DNA of 63,932 bases, the filler included, from Porpidia crustulata (lineage: Eukaryota): NCBI GenBank assembly GCA_964255105.1. It is 10 parts of 10 records of this genome, joined end to end, with 100 filler letters (N's around TTAATTAATTAA, not from the genome) between each part and the next. Parts side by side here need not be neighbours in the genome. Positions count along the whole stretch, not along the records: positions 25,652 to 31,955 come from CAXUWE010001577.1; positions 32,056 to 38,358 come from CAXUWE010001578.1; positions 38,459 to 44,759 come from CAXUWE010001579.1; 7 more parts are not named here. One strand, given 5' to 3'. The notes under the pieces are model-generated. The model saw nothing but the letters and a program-made list of their open reading frames with translations. It had not been told where the DNA came from and did not search any database. Below, piece by piece: positions 25,664-38,603 of the stretch; within the stretch, counting starts at the first letter, position 1, and each line of letters opens with the position of its first letter. The translations under genes were made by a program, and so were the position numbers.

Positions 25664-26921
25664 TTAGAGAATACACACCGCATTCGGCGGACTCGCCACC
25701 CCACCCGGAAAATTCAACGGCGCGCTCGTGAAAAAGAAACTCCAGCGGCCGTGCCGCCGGCATACCTCGGCTAGCCGCTCTAGATCGAACATTTCGCCGA
25801 TCGGGGTGCCCCAGAGGGCGAGGAGGGTATCGTGGAGGCCTTGAGGGGGAAAACGGGTGTTAGGCTCGACTGCTTTAGGTCTCCGGCATTGGAGGAAGGG
25901 GATCGAACATACGATATCGTTCATCCTTTGCCGGCCACGCTTCAAAAACATTCGCGTCACCCCCAACGGCCGCGAAATGCTTCTCCCACAACCATTCCAC
26001 GCTCTCCCGTGTACCTTCTACCCCGGCCCAATCGGTCCCTAGCTCTGTGCCCTGCCTCCTCTCTTCCAAGCTCGCCTCATTGTGCCATTTTACGAATCCT
26101 GAGCGTACAAGTAGAATGTCGCCGGGACGAAATACCGTGCCTTGGGCGGCGGCGACGGCTTCGAGGTCGCCGGGGGTGATGGTATGGCGAGTGACGGGAG
26201 AGTAGGTGATGTTGTGGGATTGAGCGTAGGAGAGGTAGTCGAGGAGAATGGCGCGGCCAACGATGCCGCCGTCCTGGGACCATTCTGAGTTTCGTCTTAG
26301 TGAGCTGATTTTTTGTGGCAAGGAAGACGGAGTTGTGGACTTACTGTCAATCCCGTTCCGCATCGACGAGTCCTTGGCTGTGATATCCGCATGCGTGACA
26401 CCATTATAGTAGAGGCCTGTTGGCTGATGCGCCCAGTGTCCTACACAATTCCATCAACTTAGTTCACCAAGGCTTTGAATAAATCAAGGAAACATACTAA
26501 ATCCATCCCACTGGCTCCCACTCTGCGTGTTCATACTAATCTCATCGTCGTGTCCAGTCCAATCCGGCAATGGCTTGATACGATGCTCTGGTGGTTTCCG
26601 ATATGAATGTGGCGTTGCGCAGTTGTCCAGTGACCAATTGATCGCAACACTGATACCTAGTTGGATTTCGTCGCGGGCAGCGCGGATGACGTCGGGAGTG
26701 AGGAGATTCAGTGTGCCCAAATCATCTCTATGGCCGGGTGTATCCCAAAGCCCCCAGGCACAGCCATGAGGCATGTTGGGGATTCGAGGAAGCGAATTGT
26801 AGGAGGGAAGACGTCGAGGCTTTTTATGGATGACATTTGGTTCGTTGGCGGGGTGCGCAGTCTCATTTGGTCCTGCACAGTCAAGGCCATTAGCCCCGGT
26901 GAGAACGTTGTCGTTTGCCAT
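25664..26921 (-). CDS. Putative cyclase / kynurenine-formamidase-like metal-dependent hydrolase (4 exons)
   Basis: GCAWGLWD...DDLGTLNLLTP, NTQSGSQWDGFRHWAH, GGIVGRAILLDY, PGDILLVRSG, WLWEKHFAAVGGD, GTPIGEMFDLE, TSAPLNFPGGVASPPNA; canonical introns. Confidence 0.88.
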
Positions 26922-27377
26922 GGTTGATTTCGAGAAAACTGTCGAATTGAGACTTTAGCCACGCACTTGAGATCTCCGTATTCAATCTGGGGCTTCCAGT
27001 GTTCGTGTCCGTTCGTAGATAAGCATCCTTGGGTGGAGAGATCAGTGAAGATCCTTCGGTTATGTGCATAGCCGAAAGGGGACCTGACGGTTCACAAGAT
27101 CGCGGCTCCGTTCCTCGCCTCTGTACAGGCTAACATGGTTCATTATGAAGCTATTCTGGATGTCGGTCAATATGCCGGTCATTAAAGCCGTAACATAAAA
27201 AGACCAGAAGCAGATTTTAGGACGTACAGATATACTTTCCAGCATTCTTTGATTGAACTACCAGTTAGCAACAAGCCAAACGACCAACAGCCATTTGGTG
27301 GCTTGTTAGTAATCCAGCAGTCGCGCGTGATGTGAGGTGCGGGAATAGATTTTGGGAGACCTGGAATTGGTTGCAAT

Positions 27378-29619
27378 TCACGGAATATGTGGGCCGTTCA
27401 TGTAAGAAGTCTGATGGTCCATTCTGGGCATATTGCCTATGAAATCAAAGTCTTGGATAAGCCACAAGTCCTCATCACGAACCGTACTCCAGTCGGTAGA
27501 GAAATTCAGGGGCACCGACAGACTTTGGGCGTCCCAGGGGACATATCCAGAAATATGACTAGGTTGATAAGCTGGGGTTCTTGAAAAAGTTGTTGCTTGT
27601 TGTAGATCATTTGACTCTATCACGCTGCCTGGTATATAGCTAGATGACTCTAAGGGCTGAACTGTCTCATGGATAGGTCGCGTTGAAACATCAGCCAATG
27701 TGCTCAAACGGCTTGTTGGGCCTTCCTTTGCCGGACCTTCGTCTTGGTCACGAATCCGGTGCATAATCTTGGTGAAAAGTAAGAAGATCCAGCCGCTGAC
27801 CGGCCAGGAGCTTTGCAATTCCCGCAAAGCTATCATACAAAGCTTGAGCTTCACAGAAGCTAATTGTTGAAGCACTGCATCTCCGGATTGGATGTTTACT
27901 GCTTGCATACACATTGCGGCAAAGAGACTTGGAATGATGTGAATCGGGCATTGTTGGATAGAGTTGGAAGCTAGAAGGTCTTCAACTATTCGCACCATTT
28001 GATTGGATGCGGTCATGGCGACTTGATGCGACGAGTCTCGTGATGGTGTTGACGGATCTTCTGGACTTCGTGTTCGATGTGTCAAGATCCGAAACCAGCT
28101 TTTTCGACTACTGTCAGTATAAAGACTCAATGATGGCAGAGGTACACTACTACCTAAAAGCAACATGAAGCATGCTCGTCCACAAACAGTCTGCGCATTT
28201 ACCAAATTGGAGCTCTCGGGGTAGCTGAGACTCCCACTGCTGGAGCAAATCCTCACAAAGCTCGAGGGTATTCTTCCTCGGGAGGTTTCCCTCGGGGCGA
28301 TAAGGGGATTTCTCAATGATACGCTCCAGGATCGTGGAAAGTTTGCTAAGATGAATTGGGTATAAAGCGTGGACTCTTTCTTGATGGCCGAATGCATGAG
28401 GCTCAAAATTCTCCATGAAATCAGCTTCTTCCAAAGGCTCGACATCAGTATCTCGTAAATGAATGTGCACAGGCCGACCTAAAGCGGCAGCTGCATGTTT
28501 ATCCTCAGCAAACAGCGACCACCAAATTTTCTTCCACTGTCGCTGGTCCTTTTGACTCATGTCAGACTCCCGAGTTGATCGATGCATGCCAAGAGTCAAA
28601 GCTAGACTGATGGCATTTCCAAGCCAATGCCAGGTATCTTTCTGATCCATTGGCGTAGCCCACCAAAAGCTCATTAGGAACAGTGCTTGCACAATGGTTA
28701 CCCTGTCGAGCTCGTGATCTGCATCGTATAGTGCTTTTGTTCGCTTGTACAGAGCCAGCCGGGCTTCAGACCTTGACTTGAAACCCGCAGCTCGGAGGAC
28801 TGAACATTCACAATGACCTGCTGCCATGAATAAGACAGCCTGTAGCAGTAACCAAGACGGAGGATTGGCTGGATCGACATATCGAGCAGCGAAATCTTGT
28901 GGATCGAGAATTGGATAGTGCGGCTGAACACATTTGAAATATGTTCGATACAATGTATGGCAAACATCGGATGAGGGAAGCTCAAAAGCACCCTGCCGCT
29001 GAAGTAGATCCATGGCGAGGCCATCGACGCGTCTTGTTCTATTGGCAGAGTCACTCTCGGCATCGATCGGAACTGGGAAATGCATCTTGCGCGCACTTTG
29101 AGGCTCGGAGCTGGTCTTTTGTAGCAGGTAGGTCAGATTGAAAGTTTCTCCCAAATAAATCACTTGACCGCCTGGTCTGAGTAACTTTCGTCGTTTGCTT
29201 GGGCTTGTAGTAGTATCAAGCATTTGGGCATATAGCATCTCAGGACCTTCAATACCATCCTGCCCATCGGCTTTATCGATAGATGGTTCAGGAGTATCGT
29301 TCAAAAGTCCTCGAATTGTAGACTGCGGAGACTCTTTCACCAAAGGCGCGTCTTCGCGATTGGAGGTGCCGTTTGTCCTTGCAGTCGTCGCTTTGGTTTC
29401 GGAGATATGACTATCTGTCTTACGTTTGCGACCTCTCTTTGACTCTATCAACTGACATGACTTTTCCAAGCCTGCCTTTTCGCAATTGGAACATGGCACA
29501 CCGTTAGCGGCGACATTGCATTTGACCCGTCGACTGTTGCAGGTTCGGCAGGCAATAGACGAGCGTTGACGCGTCTTGATCGTGGGAGACGACTTCGGCT
29601 CTTCCTTCAAGCCCTCCAT
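27378..29619 (-). CDS. Zn(II)2Cys6 transcription factor with fungal-specific TF domain (Ctf1/Far-like architecture); intron 28153-28099
   Basis: ACRTCNSRRVKCNV....PCSNC......C binuclear cluster; YF..VQPHYPILD, LYKRTKALYDAD.E, AISLALTLGMHR, WKKIWWSLF..D. Confidence 0.92.
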
Positions 29620-30225
29620 ATTACGTGTGGGGGGCTGCACGACGAAGAGCTTTCGGCTTGGAGATGAGATAGCTGGTAGTAATAGGCTGTGGAGGAATTC
29701 TCCTTCGGCTCTCGGCTATTGTTCGCTCCATTCCCCGCAGTTTATGTATTATTTGCGCGCTAAGGTATTTTATCAAGATCAGGTCACGGGATGACGTTTT
29801 ACTATCCTCTTAGATATCAGCGTTCTAGCATGTTGATCCTCCTAACCTTAACGTTGTTGAGAACGAGGAGCTCCAACGGCGCCCGTCCAACAACGTGTGG
29901 GGAAGAGGCTCAAATCCCTATGCATGACCATGTGGCTATCTAGCCCTGTTTGATCATCAGGCACTTGTACTGGTAGACACTGTAACCAATGATATGACTT
30001 TATGGATTTCATCATGGGCTGTCTTCTCCAAATTGCTTCTCTCTTCCTCCAACCCTGGTCGATAACCGAGTCCCGAGTCCATGGTTCAAGTACAGGCTAT
30101 ATATGTAGTCGACTACATCGAAGTATCCCCACCCGTGTTATTGCCTTGTGATTGTATCTCTGCATCGTGCATGAACGTCTAAGCTCAAGCGCTCAATTCA
30201 TCTCCTTCTGTCTAAGTATATCGTT

Positions 30226-31924
30226 ATGGCGAGGACTTATACCGCCTACAATATTCGCATCATATTGGTCTTGACTTTGGGAAGTTTGACATTTGGATAC
30301 GCATATTCCGTCATCTCGAATACTCTTGGTCAACCTGGATTCATTGCTTATTTCGGTCTCGATGGTAAAGATCAGACGTACGCCAACGCCATCACCGGCG
30401 CCATCAATGGCATGTTCTCCGCCGGTGGGGTCTTTGGAGCTTTGCTGGTGGGATGGATGTGCGAAGCGCGTGGCAGGAAAGAAACGATGAATCTGGCTGC
30501 ATTGATTACCATAATCGGCGCCGCAATTCAGACTGGCTCTGTCAATATTGCCATGTTTCTTGCTGCTAGATTCATTACAGGATGGGGGATAGGGATGATG
30601 GTGGTGCTAATTCCTTTATATCAAGCTGAAATCTGTGAGCCCTACCAAAGTCGATATGGATGAATGGTACTTATCCCCCGACCAGCACCACCAAATGCTC
30701 GAGGTTTTCTGGTCGGCCAGCACGGTAGTTGGATCGTGACTGGCTACGCAATTGCAGGCTGGGTAGGTGTTGGGACATATTTCTCATCGAATTTATCCTT
30801 TCAATGGCGGTTTCCAATTGCTCTCTCCTGTCTCTCTCCTCTGGCTTTGCTGGCTTGTAGCCCTTGGGTGCCGGAATCACCGAGATGGCGTATGTGAGAA
30901 CCTTCGCTCGTAGTTACGTGGACACTGATGTTGTCTAGTCTTGATAAGAAATCGAAAGGAAGAAGCCTGGAAAATCATTGCGAGACTCCACGGTAATGTT
31001 GACGACGACCAGCAAATATATGCTCGAGAAGAATTCTACCAGATGGTCCAGCAAGCCGAAGCGGACGCCATTGCCTGGAAGCAAGGTGGAAATCGTCAAA
31101 TCTTTACCAAAAAGTCGTATGCAAAACGGATGTGGATGGGTTTCTTTGTCCAATATGCGGTTCAGACTACCGGCGCTATGGTCGTATATGGTACGTCACT
31201 CGCTCTGTTATTCGATTCGTCACCGGTATGCTGAGAACGGATAGTTTACGTTGTCCAGCTATACAAGAATTTGGGCGAGAGTGGCGGAATCCCCTTGGTC
31301 CTCGGAGCCGCCTACGTGACGGTTGCCGCGGCCTCCAATTTCGCAGGCGCTTTCATCATGGATAGATTTGGGCGTATCAATCTCCTCAGTACGTTCTCGT
31401 AACTTTTACACAAATTTTCTGTGACCCGCAGTCCACAAAGCTCCAATTACGTCCTATCTTAGGAAAGAAATAACTCACTGATACGCTGCCCCAGTGACCG
31501 GCCTAGGCGGCTGCATGTGTTCCCTAATCCTCGAAACCGCCATGGTAGCCCGCTACGCCGGCTCCCCCACCCACGCCGGCAACGCCATGGGCGTTTTCTT
31601 CACCTTCTGCTTCATCAGCTTCTACGGCGGTGGTTGCGACACCACCTCCTATGTCTACTGCAGTATGTAACCCCATCTCAACCTAACACCATCAACTCCT
31701 CAACATCTTGGCGCCACGCTGATCACTACCAAACAGGCGAAATCTTCCCCACCCATATCCGCTCTCAGGGCATGGCCTGGTCCATCGTCGGCACCTTCCT
31801 CTCCACCGTCATCTACGTCGAAGCCGCACCAACTGCCCTCGCCGCCATCCAGTGGAAGTATTACATCATCTTCATCGTCCTCACCGCCCTCAACATCGCC
31901 ATCCTGTATTTGTGGTGTCCTGAG
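30226..31924 (+). CDS. MFS sugar-porter family transporter, 3'-truncated by contig end (multi-exon)
   Basis: GSLTFGY, RGRK, ARFITGWGIG, PLYQAEI|APPNARGFLVG, QWRFP, PESPRW, MDRFGR, EIFPTHIRSQG, WKYY, CPE; introns with canonical ends. Confidence 0.92.
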
Positions 31925-32508
31925 GTGAGTCTGCACCCCCTTCCTACAAAATAACNNNNNNNNNNNNNNNNNNNNNNNNNNNNNNNNNNNNNNNNNNNNT
32001 TAATTAATTAANNNNNNNNNNNNNNNNNNNNNNNNNNNNNNNNNNNNNNNNNNNNCTCCTCTCCTAATAACCCATTGTAATTCATCCCTAGCCACGTCCC
32101 CTCCAGCCCAATACCACCAAAAAATCCCCACCAAAACAACACTTCAAATTTGCTCCTCATCCTAAACCCCAAAGAATCTCCCTATCATAGCATCTATGAC
32201 TTCGCAGCTCATTTAAGGAGTCTGTGATCTGGGATACTGCGGGTGAAAGGAGATGATAGGATAAAGAACCTTGTTTGAAGGGATTGAAGGGAGGCTAGAA
32301 ATGTGAGGAATCATGGTCAGGATTTTACATTGATAGAATACGCTGAGATGTTGTAGCTGGGCCGCGGATCGTGGTTCCGTGGTTCGGCGGACCTGTACAT
32401 CATAAAAATCCTACACTAACCGTATATATTTCCTTTCTAGGATTTAGCCAACCGGCAGAAAACTACCTGCAAGAAATCCGCCCGCCAATCCGAAACCCTA
32501 CCCACCTA

Positions 32509-34155
32509 TCACCGCCCAAACTTCTTCAACTCCAACCACCTCAACGGCGGGAACGTCACCAGTGCGAACGCCGCCCCGAGCCACTCCCCCAAATCACTGC
32601 CGGTGTCCCCGACCAACAGCGCAATCGGCCCAACATACCACTTCTGATACATGCCCAAGATTGCCCCAACCCAACCGATTAAGAACGCGCACAAGGCGGC
32701 GATGCCCAGCGGCAGCCGGCTCGGATCCTCCCACGCGGTCCAGTCGAAGCCGACGCCGCGGCGGAAGATGAGATGTTCCTCGAGCACGATGGCGACGAAA
32801 ATCATGAGCCAGTAGCCCATGAGCGCGAGAAAGTTGGTGAAGATGTCGAACAGGTTGTTACGGCCCGCGATGGCGCAGACGAAGTAAACGACCACGACGA
32901 CGCAGGCCCACCAGTACCGCGGGATCGCTTTGCCGTAACGCCCGAGGACTTGAACGCCCAGGGAGGCCGCGTAGGTGCCGGGGATGTTGTTGGCGATGAC
33001 GCCCAGGGCGATGATGACGCCGCAGAATTTACCAAAGCCTCCCAGGGTGCCGTAGCCGGCGAGGATGAGGGCGCCGGAGGATATGGCGTAGGCGTCCGAC
33101 CAGGATTGGGAGGTTGCGATGCCCGTGGCTAAGCCTACGCCGATGAGGTTGACGAGGACAAAGGAGGCGGTTAAGCCGGTGAGGGTCATGGTGAAGATTT
33201 TCCATTGGGTTGTGGTTTCGGGGTAGTAGACGTAGAAATCCGAGGCGGCGCCGAGCCAGGAGATGGGGACCGAGAGGCTGAGGGAGAAGAAGGATAGGCG
33301 ATTAGCGTTTATTGTGGCAGTGTTACCTACAGATTCCGTGACGGTGTCGAAATGAGGGCTTGCAACTCCGACGAGGATAAGGAGGACGATCAATTGAGGG
33401 ATCCAGGCCCATCTGATCGGATTCTTTGTCAGTATACTTGATGGGGCTCGAATGGTCAAGGGACGTACCTCTCATATACGTGGAAAACTTTGATACCAAA
33501 GACGGCAACCACCCAACTGATCAAAGCCACGATGATGATGCCCACCGCAATCGACATGGATCCTCCGCTGACTGCGGACAAGATCTGGCCGGCGATGATG
33601 CAACCAATGGTGGCATAACCAACCATGATGATGATATTGAGGAAACAGGCAATTTTCGCCGGCCAGTATCCCATAAAGTACCGAGCTACAATCTTGGAAC
33701 TATTAAATCGAGTCGCCAATACATCAAATGCTTGACTGGAAAAAATGATATACCATGGTCCTGTTGCCGCTCTGAGCACCCCAGATACTCATATACGCCG
33801 TCGCAGCAGACCCAACGACCACCCCAAAAACCGTCGTCAATGCGCTGTCAGTGAAGCCGAGCTGAAATACTATCGGGCCAAGAAGTCCAACGGCAAGATT
33901 GTTGGCCGCGATGTTCGCGCTGAACCAGAGAAGGACCATCTGAACGTAACCAAAGGCCGACGGGGTCTGTCTTTCATTGGGCATCACGCGCGTGATTCCG
34001 CGCTCCTCGAGGAAGGCGGGTTTCTTGACTTTGGAGTTCCATATCGAAAACCTACTGCGCTCCGCAACGTGTAGAGGCGCGATATCTTCGGATTTGCCGG
34101 AGGAGACGTCGACAGTCTCAGAGGACTTTTCGAGATCTTGAGTGTGAGTCTTCAT
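32509..34155 (-). CDS. Purine-cytosine permease (NCS1/FCY2-like), 3 exons
   Basis: LEERGITRV, LWFSAN, WGAQSGNRTM|IVARYFMGYWP, ASDFYVYYP, IANNIPGTY, NFLALMGYW, YVGPIA, PPLRWLELKKFGR. Confidence 0.92.
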
Positions 34156-35050
34156 GATGCGATAAACCCAATTGACCTTCAGAATACTCGCGTGGAGGAA
34201 GGTGTTGTGGCATAGCCTAGGAAGAGAAGCAAAAAGCAATGAGTTGCTGTAGTATAGATGTCGCTACCTAGAGCAGCCAAGAAGACTCTAACAAGCATCC
34301 CACATATCAGCTAACCTATTCCTATTCCTTAGTCCATACCATCCTACGCATGGACAGCATCATTAGTGGCTAGGCGGTGATAGAGCAAGGCGTCGAGTCC
34401 TGACCTTTTCGATCATACATGGAATAAAAGCGCGGAAACTGTGTGACATGACATCTCAACGCTCTCCATTGCATCTTTGGATTGAGATGTTCAGGCGACC
34501 TACTTCGATGACGTCATGTGTAAGAAAGCTGCTGCAAGTGATGTCTCCCGCAACCCTTCGTTATCATCTTCGATGCTCAGCACGAGATAACAACCGTCAT
34601 CCACGGAAATGGGTTGTATGTTCCTGGATCTCGCCGAGTCTGAATGGATATTAATGACTCCAATTTCTGATCTTTGTGCAGAAGATGAGGAATTGAATGT
34701 CGCTGGAATACTTGGTGGTGGCACATCTGACTGAAGGAGTCCGACAGCCAGCCGTTGAAAGTCAAATTCAGCGTCACAGATGCAGCCATCACGTAGTCTG
34801 TGTGCAATTGAACTACCTCACTCGGTAAAGTGCATCTGATCCGATTAGTGATACTTGAACACACCCTTCAGTCGAACATGACACCTAAGGTTAGGGTTGA
34901 ACAGTCAAGGAACCCTGACCCTATATGCTATGTTCGGCTGGAAGATGTATTCGACTGAGGGGTTGATGCAGTTCTCGCTCGCCGCCCTCCATTTTAGACT
35001 ATATCGTTACGAGAGGGAGAGGAGCAAGAATTTACCAGCTCAGTGTATCA

Positions 35051-37035
35051 TTATACAGCCCTATCGGTTGATCTGCAGCATGTGAAGGAGGGATGTGTGG
35101 AGTTGCACCAACAGTCCCTCACCTTACTCAGCGATCTACTCCCAACCTGTCCCTTGAGCAAGCTTTTGGCCGCGGCCGTGAGCAAGATCGGCAGACACGC
35201 CTTCCCAGGGAAGACAGGATCCAGCCCATACAATCTCACTTCTTTGGCGCCGGGCTGGACCTCTTGACAGTTGCAGCCGGTGTTTCCGTCCCCTGTGATG
35301 TTGCAGTCTTTTGAATCTGTGCAGCGGTTCCCGCATTGAGGGGGCTTTAGTAGTCCTGGGAAAGGATTCGCCGGGGCAGGGTCCGCCTGTGCCTGGGTTT
35401 GTACCTGTACGTGCGCCTTAGTCTCAACGCCTGGGGGACCCTGGGGTATAGGTCCTAGAATGTCGGATGGCCAGCCCGAAGGGCAGAATTGTCTGCTGTC
35501 TGCTCCGCACGTGCCCGAGGGTGGCATTGGACCAGATTGCGGGGGAAGGATTTGCAGCTGCTGCCTTGATGTGCCTTGTTCACTGGTGTTCGACGAACCT
35601 GCCTGGCCAGACCCCGCTGAGGCCGATCCCAGGACGATGCTACCGTCATCTTTCTGTATCATGTCCATTTGAGGCTGCCTCACAAAATTCCATACCTTGG
35701 AAGTTGGATTGTGAATTTGCCCTCTCTCTGACTCGTAGTCTGCACAACGGCAATTCTTCCAACAATGGTAGCGAACCGCGGCCGAGAAGAAAAAATTGCC
35801 GCCGCCCCACTTCCAGTCAGGTCTTGGTGTCAGCGGGTCTGAGAACCAGACGAATTTGCTTTGACCATCTAGCGCCGGATCCTGTTCACTTCGATGACAG
35901 TAGCCACCAGCATTGGCACGCCTGAGAAATATGGATTGCTGTTTGTCAGCACCTTCCAACCTCGGTATGAGTCGATGGGAGAAGGGGATATCAGGGCGAA
36001 GAACTTACGGATTTCCAAAATCAAGCTCCGTGGCACATAGTATTTGATTGTTCCGGAAGTGGTGGTGGTCGGAGTACGGAGGTGGTGGTGAGAAGGTGGG
36101 CAATGCCCCTCGACACTTGATTCTGTTCCCGGGATCTAGGGCTATCACACGCCGCAGCCACATTCTCAGCCAGTCTTCGCCTCTGTCTTGCCCCGCCGAG
36201 AGCGACTCTCCTCTAATCCTCAGCTCTATGAAAGGCACCAATTTTCGGCCTTCCCTTCCTGGCTGCGTGAGCACAGAGGCAAGCATCGTGAACTGTGGAG
36301 GAATGTCCAGAGAGACTAGATATGTGTTCTCGGAGTATGTTTTCAGCCAAGGGGAGATCCCCAGCGGTGTCGGCTCCCTTAAATAGCTTTCGGCTTTACT
36401 CGTGCCCACGCAACTGTATTGACACTCCATCACAAGCATCGGATGCGCCAGGAACTTGTTAGCCCCCTGGGTCGGATCTTCCAAGTCAAACGACGCCAAA
36501 CCCATGCCACTGGAGTACCCGCCGATGTGCCTCTGCGCTTCCCCCCCTCCATATCGAGTCTTGGCTAACAGGAGAAATCTTGCATTTAGCGTTATGTTGC
36601 TACTACAGATTTTCAAAACATAATGTGAGCAGACGATGGACTAGGACGCACTCGGCTCCGAAATAAGACCTACAACTCATTTACAGCGATGTGTGTGAAA
36701 TAGATGGTTAAGCTGAAAATATACGCACCACAGATTTTCTGCATTGACACAAGGTTGGGGTTAAATCCAGGGTCTGCTGGGATAGGCATGGTTGGTAATG
36801 GTGTTGTCGGTCTATCTCCAAAGCAGGTGATACCGGACAGCCCTAACCCATCTACCGAGTTTGAGCTTTTGTCTGATGGACCTGTTGAATTTGTATCTAT
36901 GTTAGACCAATCAACGGATCCGGAAGCCCCAGTAGACGAGCTTTCCGTATCCGATGTCTCGATAGCCGAGGTCAATGGACTGATCAGAGAATACACCAGA
37001 ATAATTCCAAATTGAAAATCCTCTGACAAATGCAT
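35051..37035 (-). CDS. Secreted cysteine-rich hypothetical protein with an internally repeated module (exons 37035-36729, 36564-36009, 35921-35051)
   Basis: Hydrophobic N-terminus MHLSEDFQFGIILVYSLISPLTSA and Ser/Thr spacer. Three ORFs are joined in frame by GT-AG introns (164 and 87 nt). Multiple Cys clusters. Confidence 0.7.
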
Positions 37036-38063
37036 GTTGGCTTTCAAAAGGCAACAACGGTACAATATCCAGAGAATCTACTTCACGAATTAGACAACGA
37101 CATATTATACATTAGCAACCTATGCCTGCAACACATGATCCGGCGCTCATTTGTGCGGTAAGATCCATTCGGATTTGTTGCGCATCCCATCATGATCGCT
37201 TATTGGTACTGGAAATCAGGTGTTTCAGTCCCATTCAGCAACCTTGACCGCAGCGCAAGAGTGAATATTGGCAGACATTGCAAGAAATGTGGAAACGTTT
37301 CTTCGTTCGATCAAGACAGATGTGCCATACACATATACAAAGCCTGGAGTTTTGCGCTCCCGAGTAAAAATATGGGTAGTATTATTTAATGTTTTCCCCT
37401 GTTTCTTTTACACTAGAATACCTTAGGGAGCGCACGAAGTGAGCGCACATCTGTCAGCGCACAGAACGTGAAGTAAATGATGGTAGGGATGAAAGATAGC
37501 GGGTATGCAATCGGTCAATATAAGGCAATTATGAAATAGGGTGTGTTTTGATGGAGTTGGAAAGCTGGGAAACGCCGTTTGGAGAGGTGAAAACTTTGCA
37601 GTCCCATTAGTGCAGCTGTAGCCCCTCTTCAGCTCCAACCCTAGGTGCTGTGGCTCGTTGCCGGGTAAATACGACTTAGACCCGAATAGGGCCGGAAATT
37701 CCCAATCAACGTCCATCCAGCATCCAAATCGAGCGCTGTATGTTAACAGTACATTGACGGTATGTCGTGTAGAGTCTTTTTCATATGATGGGTTCCACAT
37801 CTACCTTACCGTATCTCGCATCAAGATTCCGCGAGAATCACTCCCAAGCCAAGACGGCGAGCAAGTTGGCTGGACGATCAGCTTTTCCACCCACTTTCAC
37901 CGCTAGAGATGGTAATAAACAAGCGAAGGCCGGTTGCGGACGGTGAGAGTGGTATCCACCTACTGTCTGACGCCATGTCCAGACTAGGTCCTGAAGTCTT
38001 AATGAAAGCCTCTTGACTCCTGACGTCTGATTGACTTGCTTAAGCGGACTCTGTTCATCTTTT

Positions 38064-38130
38064 ATCTTCCATCTTCCATCTTCCATATCTGTCCTACCCA
38101 TGGTGCTGTTGTTGTTGTTGTTGTTGTTGT
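38064..38130. repeat. Microsatellites: (ATCTTCC)3 and (TGT)8
   Basis: Read directly at ~38064-38084 and ~38107-38130. Confidence 0.8.
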
Positions 38131-38458
38131 CACTGTTTTTTTCTAATTGGGCCGTGTGGAGCGATGCTGACCTCTGGTTTGGAAATTATGTGATGGAGTT
38201 TGGTGCCAATAATATGTCCTCGTGAGAGAGATAGGTGGTGGGTGAGTATCTTATGTCGGGTATTGGGCTTGATGGGTCATTGTGGGAACAATGTTTGATC
38301 TAGCCTGACTTTTTCGCTTTATAATTTCCTGACCATCCACCTCCCCCCCATCCCCCATNNNNNNNNNNNNNNNNNNNNNNNNNNNNNNNNNNNNNNNNNN
38401 NNTTAATTAATTAANNNNNNNNNNNNNNNNNNNNNNNNNNNNNNNNNNNNNNNNNNNN

Positions 38459-38603
38459 GGTTAATGTTATTGGGTATTCGGTAGAGGGAGGGGGGGGAAG
38501 GCACGTAAGGTTGTTCAACGTTCGCGGTAGGGGAAGCGGGGATGGCCATGGGATCCGTGGAGAGCTGGGGTTGCTGCTCGGACGTTGGGGTTGGTGGGGA
38601 CAT
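38459..38603 (-). CDS. Possible first exon of a small Pro/Gln-rich protein, cut by contig end
   Basis: ACAAATATG context after a C/A-rich leader; MSPPTPTSEQQPQLSTDPMAIPASPTANVEQP with C-biased codons. No diagnostic domain. Confidence 0.3.

Noticed and set aside
30226..34155. Extending the cyclase cluster to include the purine-cytosine permease
   Set aside because: An artificial spacer separates them, so the adjacency is not genomic.
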